Below are positions 36,201-45,386 of a stretch of 64,000 bases of DNA, in pieces. The stretch is from a virus: IMG/VR virus record IMGVR_UViG_3300016471_001099, positions 32,001-96,000 of that record; one strand, written 5' to 3'. A program made the translations under genes and the position numbers. The stretch's first letter is position 1. The number at the start of each line of letters is the position of its first letter. The notes beneath the pieces were generated by a model. It ran no database searches, had not been told where the DNA came from, and was given only the letters and a program-made list of their open reading frames with translations.

Positions 36201-39200
36201 CGGCGGCGGCGGCGGAGGTGGGGGCGGAACGCCTCCTGGCGGTGGTGGCGGTGGCGGCGCAATCAGGCCTGCCACTCCATTGGGACCGGGACCAGGCGTA
36301 ACTCCGCCTACGCCACCCGGCGGTGGTCCGACTCCGCCTCCGGCCACCCCCGGCGGTAGAACACCGAGATTGCGCGGTTCTGCCGTTGACAGGCCTACGA
36401 TTCCGATGGTTCCGAGAGCCGACGAACCACCGGCTCCGTCAACGCCTCCGCCTAGCGAACCGGCACCGGGAAACCTAAGGGGAAGGGGAGTGAGGCCGGT
36501 CATCGATATTGGACGCCCCGGAACGGAAGTTTCCGAACCGGAACCGGGAATTCCCGGAACCGGAGTTGACGAACCCGACGTTGATACAGGAAGACTCAGG
36601 GGACCCGGAGTTCGGAGACCTGCTAGGCCGACCCGTGACGAAGAACTCGTTGAGCCGACGGTGAGAGGGGAAACCGAAGCCGACCGTGTTTCGCCGGAAA
36701 GACGAAGAGCCGACGCCGAGAGGAGAAGAAGAACAGCCGAGATGTTCGAATACAGCGACGATGAAATGGACGAGCGCGACAGGACGACGTTGCGAGACGA
36801 CCTTCTTGGCAGAAGAGAAAGAATCAAAAAAGAACTCGATGGGCTTAATGCTGGTAGAAAAACTCGCGATGACTACGACAGAATCGAGGAACTAGAGGCA
36901 CAAGACGACGAAATCGGAGATCAGTTGATCGAGTTGCAAATGCCAAACTGGCGGGAGGCTCGCGCGCGTGGCGAGGCAGAGCGCGCGGATAGGCGCAGGA
37001 GAACTGAAAAAGCTCCCGGGAGTGCGCGAGAAGACGGCACCCGTTCTCGTCCTTCGACTACTGTCTCCGAAGCCAGAGATTCATTGAACGGTGCCAGAGA
37101 AAGAGCCAGAGATAGGCGTTTTGCGGAAAGACAAGAGGCGGAAAAACGAGCGGAAGAGGCTTCCCGAAGAATGGCGGAGGCGCGCGAAGCCGACGCGCGC
37201 GCGAATCCAAACGCCGACAGAATACGCCTCAATCAAATTCGCGAGCAGAGGGTGGACGCCGTAGCAAGAGTCGCGGAAGCCGAACGTCGCCACGACGACG
37301 CACTGAGAAGAGCTAGGTCTACCGGATCCGATCCGGACAGAGGCGGAGACGGCGACTCAGCCGCGTGGGCGGAGTACAGGGCGGCCTACGAAGAGCTCAA
37401 CGATGCGGACGCGGCCAACGCAAACTTGTTGCGGGAGTCAAGAGAATTGGAGGATCGTGTGTCGCGCGGCGATACCGGCTCGTCGTCAGGGGAGCGAGAC
37501 ACTCTGGAACTCGCGGCCGAACAGCGAAAACAAAATATTTTGGCTAGACGAAGAAATCCCGATTCCAACACGCTCAGAATGGCCAAAGAAATCGACGATC
37601 AAATCGCGGCGAGACGTAACGCCATCGAGAGAGCTCGGACCGCAACTGATCCGAAGGAGAGGCGAGGTCAGCAAATTTTGGCGACCGCTTACGAAATTAA
37701 ATTGATGGAAGGGAACGGCGACCTGGATTTCCAATCGGAACGACTGCAACTCGATGTTTTGTCGGATTTGGCGGACCTAAACGGCACTCCCCTTTACTAC
37801 GGTGACGACGGTTTGTATCGTCTGGAATCCTCCGTTACCGAATGGCAGCGTACGGAGCGCATCGGCGAAATCGATCAATCGCCGGACGCAATCGCCGCTC
37901 GTCGCGCGATCGCCGACAGGATATTCGGAGAATCTGACTCGTCCGACCTTCTCGGATCGGCGACGTCGCAACCGACGAACTTGGGACGAGCTCGCCCGAG
38001 AACGATGAAAATGTTCAACCAGACGACTGGCGAAATCGTGTACGTCGACGCGACCGATAACGACGTCATTCGGCGCCTCCGCGGAGAGGGTTTCGCCCCC
38101 GACGCCAGGCGGGGAACCGGTTCCGCTCCGTCCGCGCCGTCGCGGACGACGAGAAGACCGTCCCAACCTAGAAGGGGCGGGCGCAGAATCAGGATGGTCA
38201 ACGATTCGGGCAACGTAATATTCATTTCCGCCGACGACGGAGACGGATATTACGACGCGAAAAAGGACGGTTACAGGGAATCGCGTGGTCCAGAAGCCGG
38301 GATGGGTTCGGGTGGAAGACGAGACTCGGAAGATCCGAGATTCGCAATAGACACCGAAGACGACGGAAACCTGTTGGGATTGCTGGGCTCCGACAGGAGG
38401 AGTGGCGAACGCGAGGACAGGAAATTTGGAAGACGGAGGCGGGTGGACGAATTGGCCGACTACCTCGCCGAAGGCGACGGGGCGTTCATGACGCCGGAAC
38501 AAGCTTATTTGCAGAGGGACGGAGCGATCGCCAGGAGGGAAACGGCAAGGAATCGCATGGAGAGATTGATAAGGGAGAGGGACGGAATCGAAAACGGAGT
38601 GATAGGCGCCGACCTGACCGACGAACAGGCGGAAAGACGGGTCGCCCGCCTCAACGAGCAAATCGACGATTTGGCCGGAGAAATAGCAGAAATGGACAAA
38701 ACTGCGGAACTTTACGACTCTCATGCCAGAAACCTGGAAAGTCGTACGCCGACGACGGAAGGCATCCCAGGAATCAACGAAGGACCGAAAGCTGGCGGAG
38801 GCAGAAACATCAGAGGACCGCGATCCGCGTTCGGAGACGACGAGCCTTCGGCCGGAATGGGACAGACCTACGACCGTTTTTTGGGAGTACACGCCAACGT
38901 CGTGGATAGAAAACGAAACGAAATAGAGGAGGCGAAGAAGGTTCTCCAAGTTTCAGAGCGGAGCGACGCAAGGATGGTGACGCACGAAGAAGCGGGGCGA
39001 ATAGCGTCGACGATAGAAAATCTGTTCTCGGGCGACATGCGAATAGACAGAAACCTAGAAAGAAGCCTGACGACGGAAATGGTGTCTAACGGCAGGTCCA
39101 AAATCGCGATAAACGCGTTTGTGGATCCCAATTTGGTTTCGGTCGGCCAGGACGGTTCGCTACGCGTTCCGGTCAGCATGCAAATCACTTCCCCGGACGG

Positions 39201-41685
39201 AAAAGTAACCTACGGTAACGCCACGCGCTATATAGAAGTTGGCGACAACGGAATCAACGTCGAGCACGGTTCCCTGACGATACGCGACGACTACAGAGGA
39301 AAGGGAATAGCCAGCGAATTCAACGCAAGAAACGAAAATCTTTACAGGGCGATAGGCGCCAGAAGCATAACGACCAGCGGATCTTCGTCGTCGGGCCCCG
39401 ATTCGAACAATCCGATGGGATCGATAATCTACGGAACCGGCGCTACCCACTGGGCCAGGAACGGATTCACGTGGAGGGACGACGAAGCCAAGGATCGGTT
39501 CATATCCGTGATAGACGACGCCATACGCAACAAGCCGGGTATTTTCACGCCGGAAGAACGACAAAGAATAGGTTCGTTGTACAGGCGGGGCAGGAACGGC
39601 AAATTTCAAACCGATGCCACGGCGGAAGAACTGGTCGACTTCGAGGAAGCCGACAGGCTCTTTGCCGAAGAGGGAGTAACCATCCCGTACAGAAGGGACC
39701 TCGAGCCACTTGGCCCAGATCAGCCCTCGGCTTCAAGATTGACAAGAATCGCCGACAGGCTCGGTCGTCGCAGATCGAGAAACGAGGTTTCGGAGCCGAT
39801 CTCCCGAGAATGGAATCCCCAGGCGGACATGGACGCCGCGAGAGGTGCGAGAGTCGGCGGCGCCACGACTACGGAAACCGTCCCGGATTGGATTAGGAAC
39901 TGGGATCCCGAGGGCGAAATATCGTCCGGTCGAAGCGGCCGAGGGGTGGGCGACGTCTTTGACGAAGGCCCGGAAGCCGGAATGAGCGGAGGTGGCACGA
40001 ATAGGCCGATGGTTAGTACGGATAGGGAAGGGAGACCGCTAACGAGCGTCGCCTCGCCGAGAAGAAACGGAACGGTGGACGAAAATCACGAAGCCAACCT
40101 CCGAGCGGCCGAGGACGACGTTGAGCTGGTCAAATCGGAAATTGGCGCCCTGGAAGCCGCGCTTGCGGAGGCGAAAACCACCGGGGAATGGAGAGGTGCC
40201 GATTTCGGAGTTCACTTCGGAGACGAAGAACCAAATCGGACGCCGCAAAGGGCTTACCTAACGAGAACCAACGGTGGCGTTGTGGCTCCAGTGAATCTCA
40301 GTGCGGAAGAAACAAAACAAAAAGACGCAATCGGCAAAGCCGAGAGACGAATTGATTCCGCCAAAAAAGAACTCGTGCGACTCCAGCGGGTCGCAGTTGA
40401 CAAGAGGGCGAGGAGGGATCAAAACGTCCTGGACCTAGAGGACATTCCCGAGGGGGAATTGGAGCAACTCGTCGCCGAAGCCGAGTCGATAAAACAATCC
40501 GTCAAACTACGAGACGAAGCACGCCAGAAGCTCATGCAGGATTCAAGATTCTCGGATTTGGATTGGGAACAGCGAGTGGCGGCGGTGGACGAGGAGTTGG
40601 AACGGATGGGAATGCCGGATCCGCTCTCCCCGGGGCGAGGAGAGAGGGCGGCCATACACGTCGGTGCCGACACGTTGGAGGGGGGCGTTCTCGATCCAAG
40701 CTATACCGCCGGAGACGAATCAATGATGACCGGCGGAGGCAACACCGGCATGTTGAATCAAAGTCAGATTCGCAACGTCAGACGACAAAGAGACGAACTC
40801 GCCGAAACACTCAAAGCGGCAGAACGACTCGTCGAGCAACTGGAAACCGGAACGACCAAAATAACCCCGAGCAACAAGGCGGAAGCCGATCTACTCAACG
40901 GACTGACCAATTCGAATAAATTTTCCGCCGGCGAAGCCCTGGATTTGAGCAAGGCCAATTCGCGCGTCGATGCCGCGACCCTATCGCAACGCATCCGCGA
41001 ACTACTTGCAGCAAAAATGGAAAGAGATCGCGTTTCCCTGGCCCAGCAGGATCGCATACTAAAACGAGTCGACGAAAGTCCAAAGTTCGGATACGTTAGC
41101 GCCTATCCACTGAGAGCGGAGGGAACGGTAACGGAAGGTTATTTTGGCAGGAATTCGGGCAAGAAGGTTCCGGCGAATATCGGAACGTTCCTCACGGAAG
41201 TCGAAGGACGTAGTTCGGGGAGAGCGACGCCCGACGGTTTCGTCAACGTCAAGGACAGGCCGATGCTCGATCGTTGGAAAAATACGCTCAGGGGAACGCA
41301 GTGGTTGGCGATCGGAGGGGACGACACGATAGTGCGCGGTTTCGGAAATAGCCCCGGAGACGAAGCTCAAATAATGGGCGTCAACACGCCGGTTTTCGGT
41401 TTTTCCTTCGGCGTTTCGGAGGCAGCAAATTACAGAACTCTGCTTGGCGACATTGGGATGGCCCTGGCCGCAAGGGCGGTTGACCTAAGAAGAAGAGGCG
41501 AGGAGGTCACCCCGGAATCCGTAATGAAGGCGCGCAAACAAGTGGAAAATTCAAGGATAATTATGTTGGCCAGAAACGGATCTACGATCGAGGAAATAGC
41601 GGAAAAGACCGGACGAAGCAGGCAGTTCGTGAGCGAATTGTTGAGATTGGCCGGGGTAACGAATCCGTACACCGAGGGTTTTTGA
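33289..41685 (+). CDS. ~2800-aa multidomain protein: HExxH peptidase, G/P linker, coiled coil, GNAT-like, ART-like, C-terminal HTH
   Basis: HELNH...YSGESDWEFAAE; YRGKGIASEF...WARNGF; four AGM sites; GSTIEEIAEKTGRSRQFVSELL. ATG 33289 is preferred over the track's start at 33238. Confidence 0.75.
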   Translation: MSPTPFNLPLNAKIVAKHGTTSVYSLKDGRLAFVDYEKQRMFLDGSRNFGSEIYGSGHNSSWADERLASVARKGGSDALIRVKAVKPKQSAMPPSESGYEEEEIPDTNFTRAMRFIPQAFLNWAKTYKPGDQLPIIPPGYGDKRLCDRSVSNDSYSQSGVTVDDVVKETLSAMGFPDINPDLAFAPEPETKSMPKFEQKGILGREIRDMAHNIADSILSARGLWRDELNKIRCGSGPNANRFTDIFGTGCDVPGADMAGNIVGMIRSGDEIPGPVDDVAGKLEGAREQISDGINGTETPGERGSLRDFLSAKLTGVRGGHTPHIEGDSPMTDFDPAAGMGTATPARPSERWKFMGLRSLVNRNKARERKKKMEESAAKAKREYSEFLSSDDYRRWEADFVRTRGRLPNAGEKIHQYALHLGYESPVEGGTFMGLADTSSTDASKTHHEAMVDEILNDSRLWPFGIGYESDRKIAAKRKEIEDNLEEYYLMTLHSAYNAGGPKQIEVVRPDGTKEMVDNPEHKERFISAVPGYFRIKQPGDPMSSNHLADAIAVTSVNNFWSGDGGPDVVGFVGSSGARFDPRTGLPITPTTTSAGFPRPTPGTGELTPGPVSSVDRGSAPLWARGTNTPFQFTITLDPMWFGSRDYQNQKIKGFGMNHLGMELSRESFLMHTADHELNHVDDFSWRLGQKLGFESQSEWMDRLRLQKFIPSSRSWENVIDLRKDAKYGTYLHDQIKELDAVLNRPGVSDWEKMDALWEFYLRNINFNSEVESKYARWLSGDYRRGAGGARLSKEAIAQKLQEIRDNLLARGYGEETGVPQMNFWRDMIDTLTGVWNPTTRTFEGTKPLNIVSLLIGDRRMDPSGVIPGGQARLDNMASNLLAGFIGGTYSGESDWEFAAELRTHLNKRGALQDIREFLADSDRNIHNLDESDFMTLVAKYVGEEEVYRLYGETAPPNRFAPFHRDPGGPGGGGGGGGGGGTPPGGGGGGGAIRPATPLGPGPGVTPPTPPGGGPTPPPATPGGRTPRLRGSAVDRPTIPMVPRADEPPAPSTPPPSEPAPGNLRGRGVRPVIDIGRPGTEVSEPEPGIPGTGVDEPDVDTGRLRGPGVRRPARPTRDEELVEPTVRGETEADRVSPERRRADAERRRRTAEMFEYSDDEMDERDRTTLRDDLLGRRERIKKELDGLNAGRKTRDDYDRIEELEAQDDEIGDQLIELQMPNWREARARGEAERADRRRRTEKAPGSAREDGTRSRPSTTVSEARDSLNGARERARDRRFAERQEAEKRAEEASRRMAEAREADARANPNADRIRLNQIREQRVDAVARVAEAERRHDDALRRARSTGSDPDRGGDGDSAAWAEYRAAYEELNDADAANANLLRESRELEDRVSRGDTGSSSGERDTLELAAEQRKQNILARRRNPDSNTLRMAKEIDDQIAARRNAIERARTATDPKERRGQQILATAYEIKLMEGNGDLDFQSERLQLDVLSDLADLNGTPLYYGDDGLYRLESSVTEWQRTERIGEIDQSPDAIAARRAIADRIFGESDSSDLLGSATSQPTNLGRARPRTMKMFNQTTGEIVYVDATDNDVIRRLRGEGFAPDARRGTGSAPSAPSRTTRRPSQPRRGGRRIRMVNDSGNVIFISADDGDGYYDAKKDGYRESRGPEAGMGSGGRRDSEDPRFAIDTEDDGNLLGLLGSDRRSGEREDRKFGRRRRVDELADYLAEGDGAFMTPEQAYLQRDGAIARRETARNRMERLIRERDGIENGVIGADLTDEQAERRVARLNEQIDDLAGEIAEMDKTAELYDSHARNLESRTPTTEGIPGINEGPKAGGGRNIRGPRSAFGDDEPSAGMGQTYDRFLGVHANVVDRKRNEIEEAKKVLQVSERSDARMVTHEEAGRIASTIENLFSGDMRIDRNLERSLTTEMVSNGRSKIAINAFVDPNLVSVGQDGSLRVPVSMQITSPDGKVTYGNATRYIEVGDNGINVEHGSLTIRDDYRGKGIASEFNARNENLYRAIGARSITTSGSSSSGPDSNNPMGSIIYGTGATHWARNGFTWRDDEAKDRFISVIDDAIRNKPGIFTPEERQRIGSLYRRGRNGKFQTDATAEELVDFEEADRLFAEEGVTIPYRRDLEPLGPDQPSASRLTRIADRLGRRRSRNEVSEPISREWNPQADMDAARGARVGGATTTETVPDWIRNWDPEGEISSGRSGRGVGDVFDEGPEAGMSGGGTNRPMVSTDREGRPLTSVASPRRNGTVDENHEANLRAAEDDVELVKSEIGALEAALAEAKTTGEWRGADFGVHFGDEEPNRTPQRAYLTRTNGGVVAPVNLSAEETKQKDAIGKAERRIDSAKKELVRLQRVAVDKRARRDQNVLDLEDIPEGELEQLVAEAESIKQSVKLRDEARQKLMQDSRFSDLDWEQRVAAVDEELERMGMPDPLSPGRGERAAIHVGADTLEGGVLDPSYTAGDESMMTGGGNTGMLNQSQIRNVRRQRDELAETLKAAERLVEQLETGTTKITPSNKAEADLLNGLTNSNKFSAGEALDLSKANSRVDAATLSQRIRELLAAKMERDRVSLAQQDRILKRVDESPKFGYVSAYPLRAEGTVTEGYFGRNSGKKVPANIGTFLTEVEGRSSGRATPDGFVNVKDRPMLDRWKNTLRGTQWLAIGGDDTIVRGFGNSPGDEAQIMGVNTPVFGFSFGVSEAANYRTLLGDIGMALAARAVDLRRRGEEVTPESVMKARKQVENSRIIMLARNGSTIEEIAEKTGRSRQFVSELLRLAGVTNPYTEGF
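36180..36360 (+). repeat. Gly/Pro low-complexity linker
   Basis: GGPGGGGGGGGGGGTPPGGGGGGG...TPPTPPGGGPTPPP; GGC/GGT runs. Confidence 0.85.
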
Positions 41686-41687
41686 TA

Positions 41688-44429
41688 ATGACGCGTAAAA
41701 AGATAGGTTCCAAGCGCACGAGTCGCTCTTCGTTCGTCGACGACAAAACCGACGCCGCCCTGTCCTCCGTATCGGAAATGTCTGACGTCGTTCGCACCAA
41801 GGTGATGCGTCCGATAGGGGCAGGTCCGCTACCGCCCCCGCACTTGGTCAGAAACGCCGACCTTGACCCGTACATTTACGAAGGAATTCCGTGGATCAAC
41901 AGAGGTAGAGGAATAATAGATCCGACCCCTGGAAACCTAAATCAGCCGCTGAACAGAAGGCTTAGAAGAGAATACAGAAGCGACCTCGGAACTCCTTCTC
42001 GTATTTCCGCCCTCAGAATCAGCCCGTTGCAGACGATGAGTTATGCCGACGGACCGATGGCGGCGATGGCCGATCCGAGAGTGATCAGAAATCCCCAAAA
42101 CGTGATTTCGGTGGACGATTCCAGGACGGCCATCCAAGACATTGAAGCAAAAGTAGACGCCGTTTTAGGATCCAAACCGAACACGCTGAGAGAAGCGACG
42201 GACAACTTGCGAAAATTGGAGAACCTCGTCAATGCCGGAACACCGAACGGCAGAAACTTCAAACTTGACGTTCCGTATTTTGAAACACAGATGCAACCGG
42301 AACTCAGTGCGGTAAGCCCAAGATTTTCCGGGGACAACACCCCCATGTCGCAATATGACTACGGAGTTTATTACGGATTGGCATTAAACCTTCTTTCCTA
42401 TCCGACGGCATTCGAGCACGCTCATCTGGTTTTGACGGCCAACAACAATCCAGACATGCCCACGGAAGACGGGCTTGGAGGTAAGGCGACGTCGCTTCCC
42501 TCGTACATGCTGGTATCCGTAAAATCGGATAGCCAAAGAGAGGTGCCTGGCGTTGGCGTAGTCACCGCCGAATCCGGGGCGAAAGATATGTCGGACGTAA
42601 ATATATCCGTCGTCGGGGCGCAAGCTACGAGCGGAGCGCGACTACCAATTGTGGTGAGTTTGCCGATATACAAAAGTCAAGATCAGCAAAAAGGAGTGAT
42701 GCATCTTTTTAATCCGATTACACAGATGATGACGCAATTGATGGGGCGCGCGATTCCCCCGATGGTGGCAATGGCCCCAACCCCGGAGGACAACGTCGAG
42801 CATTACATCAAGTTGTTAGCCGAGGCGGAAAAAATACTGGCCGGGAGCGGCGTAGCCGTACAGCCAATAATGGACGGCGTTTCGTCCGGGATCATAATCG
42901 GTTACCTGCAACAAATGGACCAGGTTCAAGCGCGCATTGAACAATTAAAGAACGTCACCGGGGAACAGACAGAGGACAACGCCCTGCAGATGGTGCGAGA
43001 ACTCGAGAACGAATTGTCGCGACTTTACGCCGAAGCGCAAAAAGCCGGTTCGCTTGCAACGACCCTGCACGAAATGGGACACTTGCTCGACTACGTCAGT
43101 GAATACAGGACTTCTCCTGATTACCAAAGCGTGGTTGGACAAGCTTCGCAAGGATTGAACAGCGACATCGAGTACACGAGGGACGTGGCGACCCTGCAGC
43201 GCATAGCAACCGGACAGAACGACCCGATAACCAAGGACATCGCCGAAATAATGTCGCGCAAATTAATGAAAAACAAGGTCGTTGACGTCCTCATGAACGA
43301 AGCCCTGCTTGAAGCGATAGACAATCTACGTCAAACTACGGAAAGAACGCAGAACGAACTCGGCCTCATCCAACAGGACGTGTCCGTTTTTGCGCCGAAC
43401 GGTGGCGGTTCGCAATTCGGCGGATGGTTGGAGGCCTTCCTGACGAACGAACCACAGGATATAAACGCCTCGAGCGCCTCTTCGATCACGAGGCCCATAA
43501 TCGCATCCGGAAAAATATCGGCGACCTTGCTTCAAGATCCAGATCGCCTATCAGCGCTGGCCCAGGGAGTAATCGACAAAATAAAAGCGATGGGAGAGGC
43601 GACGATAGTCGGAGCTGGAGATCCAAGCTTGCGGCAATATTACGATTTTTACAATCAAGAAATAGAGCCGAGAATCAAAGCGGCGACCGAACTGATCGCA
43701 AACCTTCCGACTCCAGCCGGAAGGGCCGCTGCATTGGCGGCGACTGCCGTGGGCATACACTACGCCTACCTAGAAACATTTTCCGACGCAATCAGAGTTT
43801 TGGCGGAAAAAGAGCTACAAGCCGAAACAGATGCCATTGGGTACCAATATCTTGTTTCTTGGTTGTCGAACCAAACCATACACTCCCAGTCAGCCAAGGA
43901 GGGTTACAGAAACCTTCTCACCGACATTCTCGGCGGAAACCCCGCTGCCGTCGGCGAATTCATGGATTTGTACGGAAAAACAAAGACAAAACCTTGGTTC
44001 GATCAAAACGGAAAGTTCGATCCAGTCGCTTACCTCGTCGACTTGTTTCAAGACCCCGCCAATATCAAGGGCGCAAGCCTTGAGACGGCGATTCAAATGG
44101 TCAACGGCTGGCACAGGGCGCGCAATTCCAACGGGTGGAAAAACCTGCCAGACGACGACATAAACGCAATTAGATCGGCGGTCGGCAAATTGACAGAGTA
44201 CGCCGGACCGGCGGACTACGATTTCGTGATGCCTTTGCCAAAATTCGAGTACGCGACCAACAAGGAAACGTACGCCGAATTGCACCCGATAATTTTGATG
44301 AGACTAGAGTCGATATTAAAGAGACTTAGCGATAAAGAACGCCGAGCGGTTGAAAAATTGCACGACGAAATGATCGCACAGGCCCAGACTGTTCTCAATC
44401 GCATGGGCAACGGAGGACAAACGCCATGA
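41688..44429 (+). CDS. ~914-aa protein with a DPTP module and a zincin-like metallopeptidase
   Basis: NADLDPYIYEGIPWINRGRGIIDPTP; TTLHEMGHLLD; distal EYATNKETYAE. Confidence 0.75.
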   Translation: MTRKKIGSKRTSRSSFVDDKTDAALSSVSEMSDVVRTKVMRPIGAGPLPPPHLVRNADLDPYIYEGIPWINRGRGIIDPTPGNLNQPLNRRLRREYRSDLGTPSRISALRISPLQTMSYADGPMAAMADPRVIRNPQNVISVDDSRTAIQDIEAKVDAVLGSKPNTLREATDNLRKLENLVNAGTPNGRNFKLDVPYFETQMQPELSAVSPRFSGDNTPMSQYDYGVYYGLALNLLSYPTAFEHAHLVLTANNNPDMPTEDGLGGKATSLPSYMLVSVKSDSQREVPGVGVVTAESGAKDMSDVNISVVGAQATSGARLPIVVSLPIYKSQDQQKGVMHLFNPITQMMTQLMGRAIPPMVAMAPTPEDNVEHYIKLLAEAEKILAGSGVAVQPIMDGVSSGIIIGYLQQMDQVQARIEQLKNVTGEQTEDNALQMVRELENELSRLYAEAQKAGSLATTLHEMGHLLDYVSEYRTSPDYQSVVGQASQGLNSDIEYTRDVATLQRIATGQNDPITKDIAEIMSRKLMKNKVVDVLMNEALLEAIDNLRQTTERTQNELGLIQQDVSVFAPNGGGSQFGGWLEAFLTNEPQDINASSASSITRPIIASGKISATLLQDPDRLSALAQGVIDKIKAMGEATIVGAGDPSLRQYYDFYNQEIEPRIKAATELIANLPTPAGRAAALAATAVGIHYAYLETFSDAIRVLAEKELQAETDAIGYQYLVSWLSNQTIHSQSAKEGYRNLLTDILGGNPAAVGEFMDLYGKTKTKPWFDQNGKFDPVAYLVDLFQDPANIKGASLETAIQMVNGWHRARNSNGWKNLPDDDINAIRSAVGKLTEYAGPADYDFVMPLPKFEYATNKETYAELHPIILMRLESILKRLSDKERRAVEKLHDEMIAQAQTVLNRMGNGGQTP

Positions 44430-44797
44430 ACGACGAGCAATACCTCAAGAGCGTGCGCTCTGCTAGGGAACTGACCCCCGAACAACTTAAAGCCAAATAC
44501 GGGATACCCGACGATTTGGCCCCGTCGATACTGGCCGGCAAAACCGGGACGGAAGACTTCTTTTTCCCGAGACGAACCAATCCGATCGCCTCCGAGTTGG
44601 TTGCATCGGCTTACGAAAATTCGATGAACAATGGAGATACGCCGGAACAACGCAGGAAATTAATGTCAATGCTTATACCAATAATAGCAAAAGGTTTCGC
44701 CGCCGGACCGGTTTCCGAAAGATCGGAAACCGAACCGACGAAAAAACTGGGCGAAATAAGGGACGAATTGCGGAGGATGATCCAAGATGCAGAATGA
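44426..44797 (+). CDS. Hypothetical protein
   Basis: ATGA coupling upstream, overlap with the downstream gene; 123 aa. Confidence 0.7.
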   Translation: MNDEQYLKSVRSARELTPEQLKAKYGIPDDLAPSILAGKTGTEDFFFPRRTNPIASELVASAYENSMNNGDTPEQRRKLMSMLIPIIAKGFAAGPVSERSETEPTKKLGEIRDELRRMIQDAE

Positions 44798-45386
44798 CGA
44801 AATGAATACCAAGGCCAATTTGCCTTCGGTGAGCGTTTCTACTGACCCGCTAGGCGGGTTGATACCGCAGGAGATCGTAAGCGGCGACATAATGCGCGGT
44901 TACGGACCTAGGCGAGGAAACTTGGAGCGCTTGCTTCGCTACTGGCGCCCCATCATGAAGAAGCCCGGCGGGTTCAGGAGATGCAGGGTCATTCTTGCCG
45001 ACCACCCAGAACTTTACCCACTGAACAACATCTGCGCCTGGTTGCACCATGAGACGACCGGATTGTGGCCGAACGAGGGTTGTCATCACCCGGGAATGAA
45101 GAACTGCAGGAGAAAACTTCGCGGGGTGGTCAATGGCTCGATTTGGAGCGACTCGGATTTTAACGACAGGCTGAAGAGGGTTACGAGACGCGCGGCCAAG
45201 AAGGACGCAAGGTCGAGCAACGGCATAGACGCCGCTCCTGCCTACGATCCTTTCGTTCCGGTGATAACCGACGACGATTGGGACCACGCTTGGAAGGTGA
45301 TGGACGATTTCGTGAAGATGGAACCAGTTTTCGTTAAGTTCGTTTGCGACGACAATAACTGGGAGATGTTCGACTCTGATGTCTGA
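44787..45386 (+). CDS. Phage head-region protein with a Cys/His motif
   Basis: GNLERLLRYW...PGGFRRC......CAWLHHETTGLWP; I recall this pattern from actinophage head regions. Confidence 0.65.
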   Translation: MQNDEMNTKANLPSVSVSTDPLGGLIPQEIVSGDIMRGYGPRRGNLERLLRYWRPIMKKPGGFRRCRVILADHPELYPLNNICAWLHHETTGLWPNEGCHHPGMKNCRRKLRGVVNGSIWSDSDFNDRLKRVTRRAAKKDARSSNGIDAAPAYDPFVPVITDDDWDHAWKVMDDFVKMEPVFVKFVCDDNNWEMFDSDV

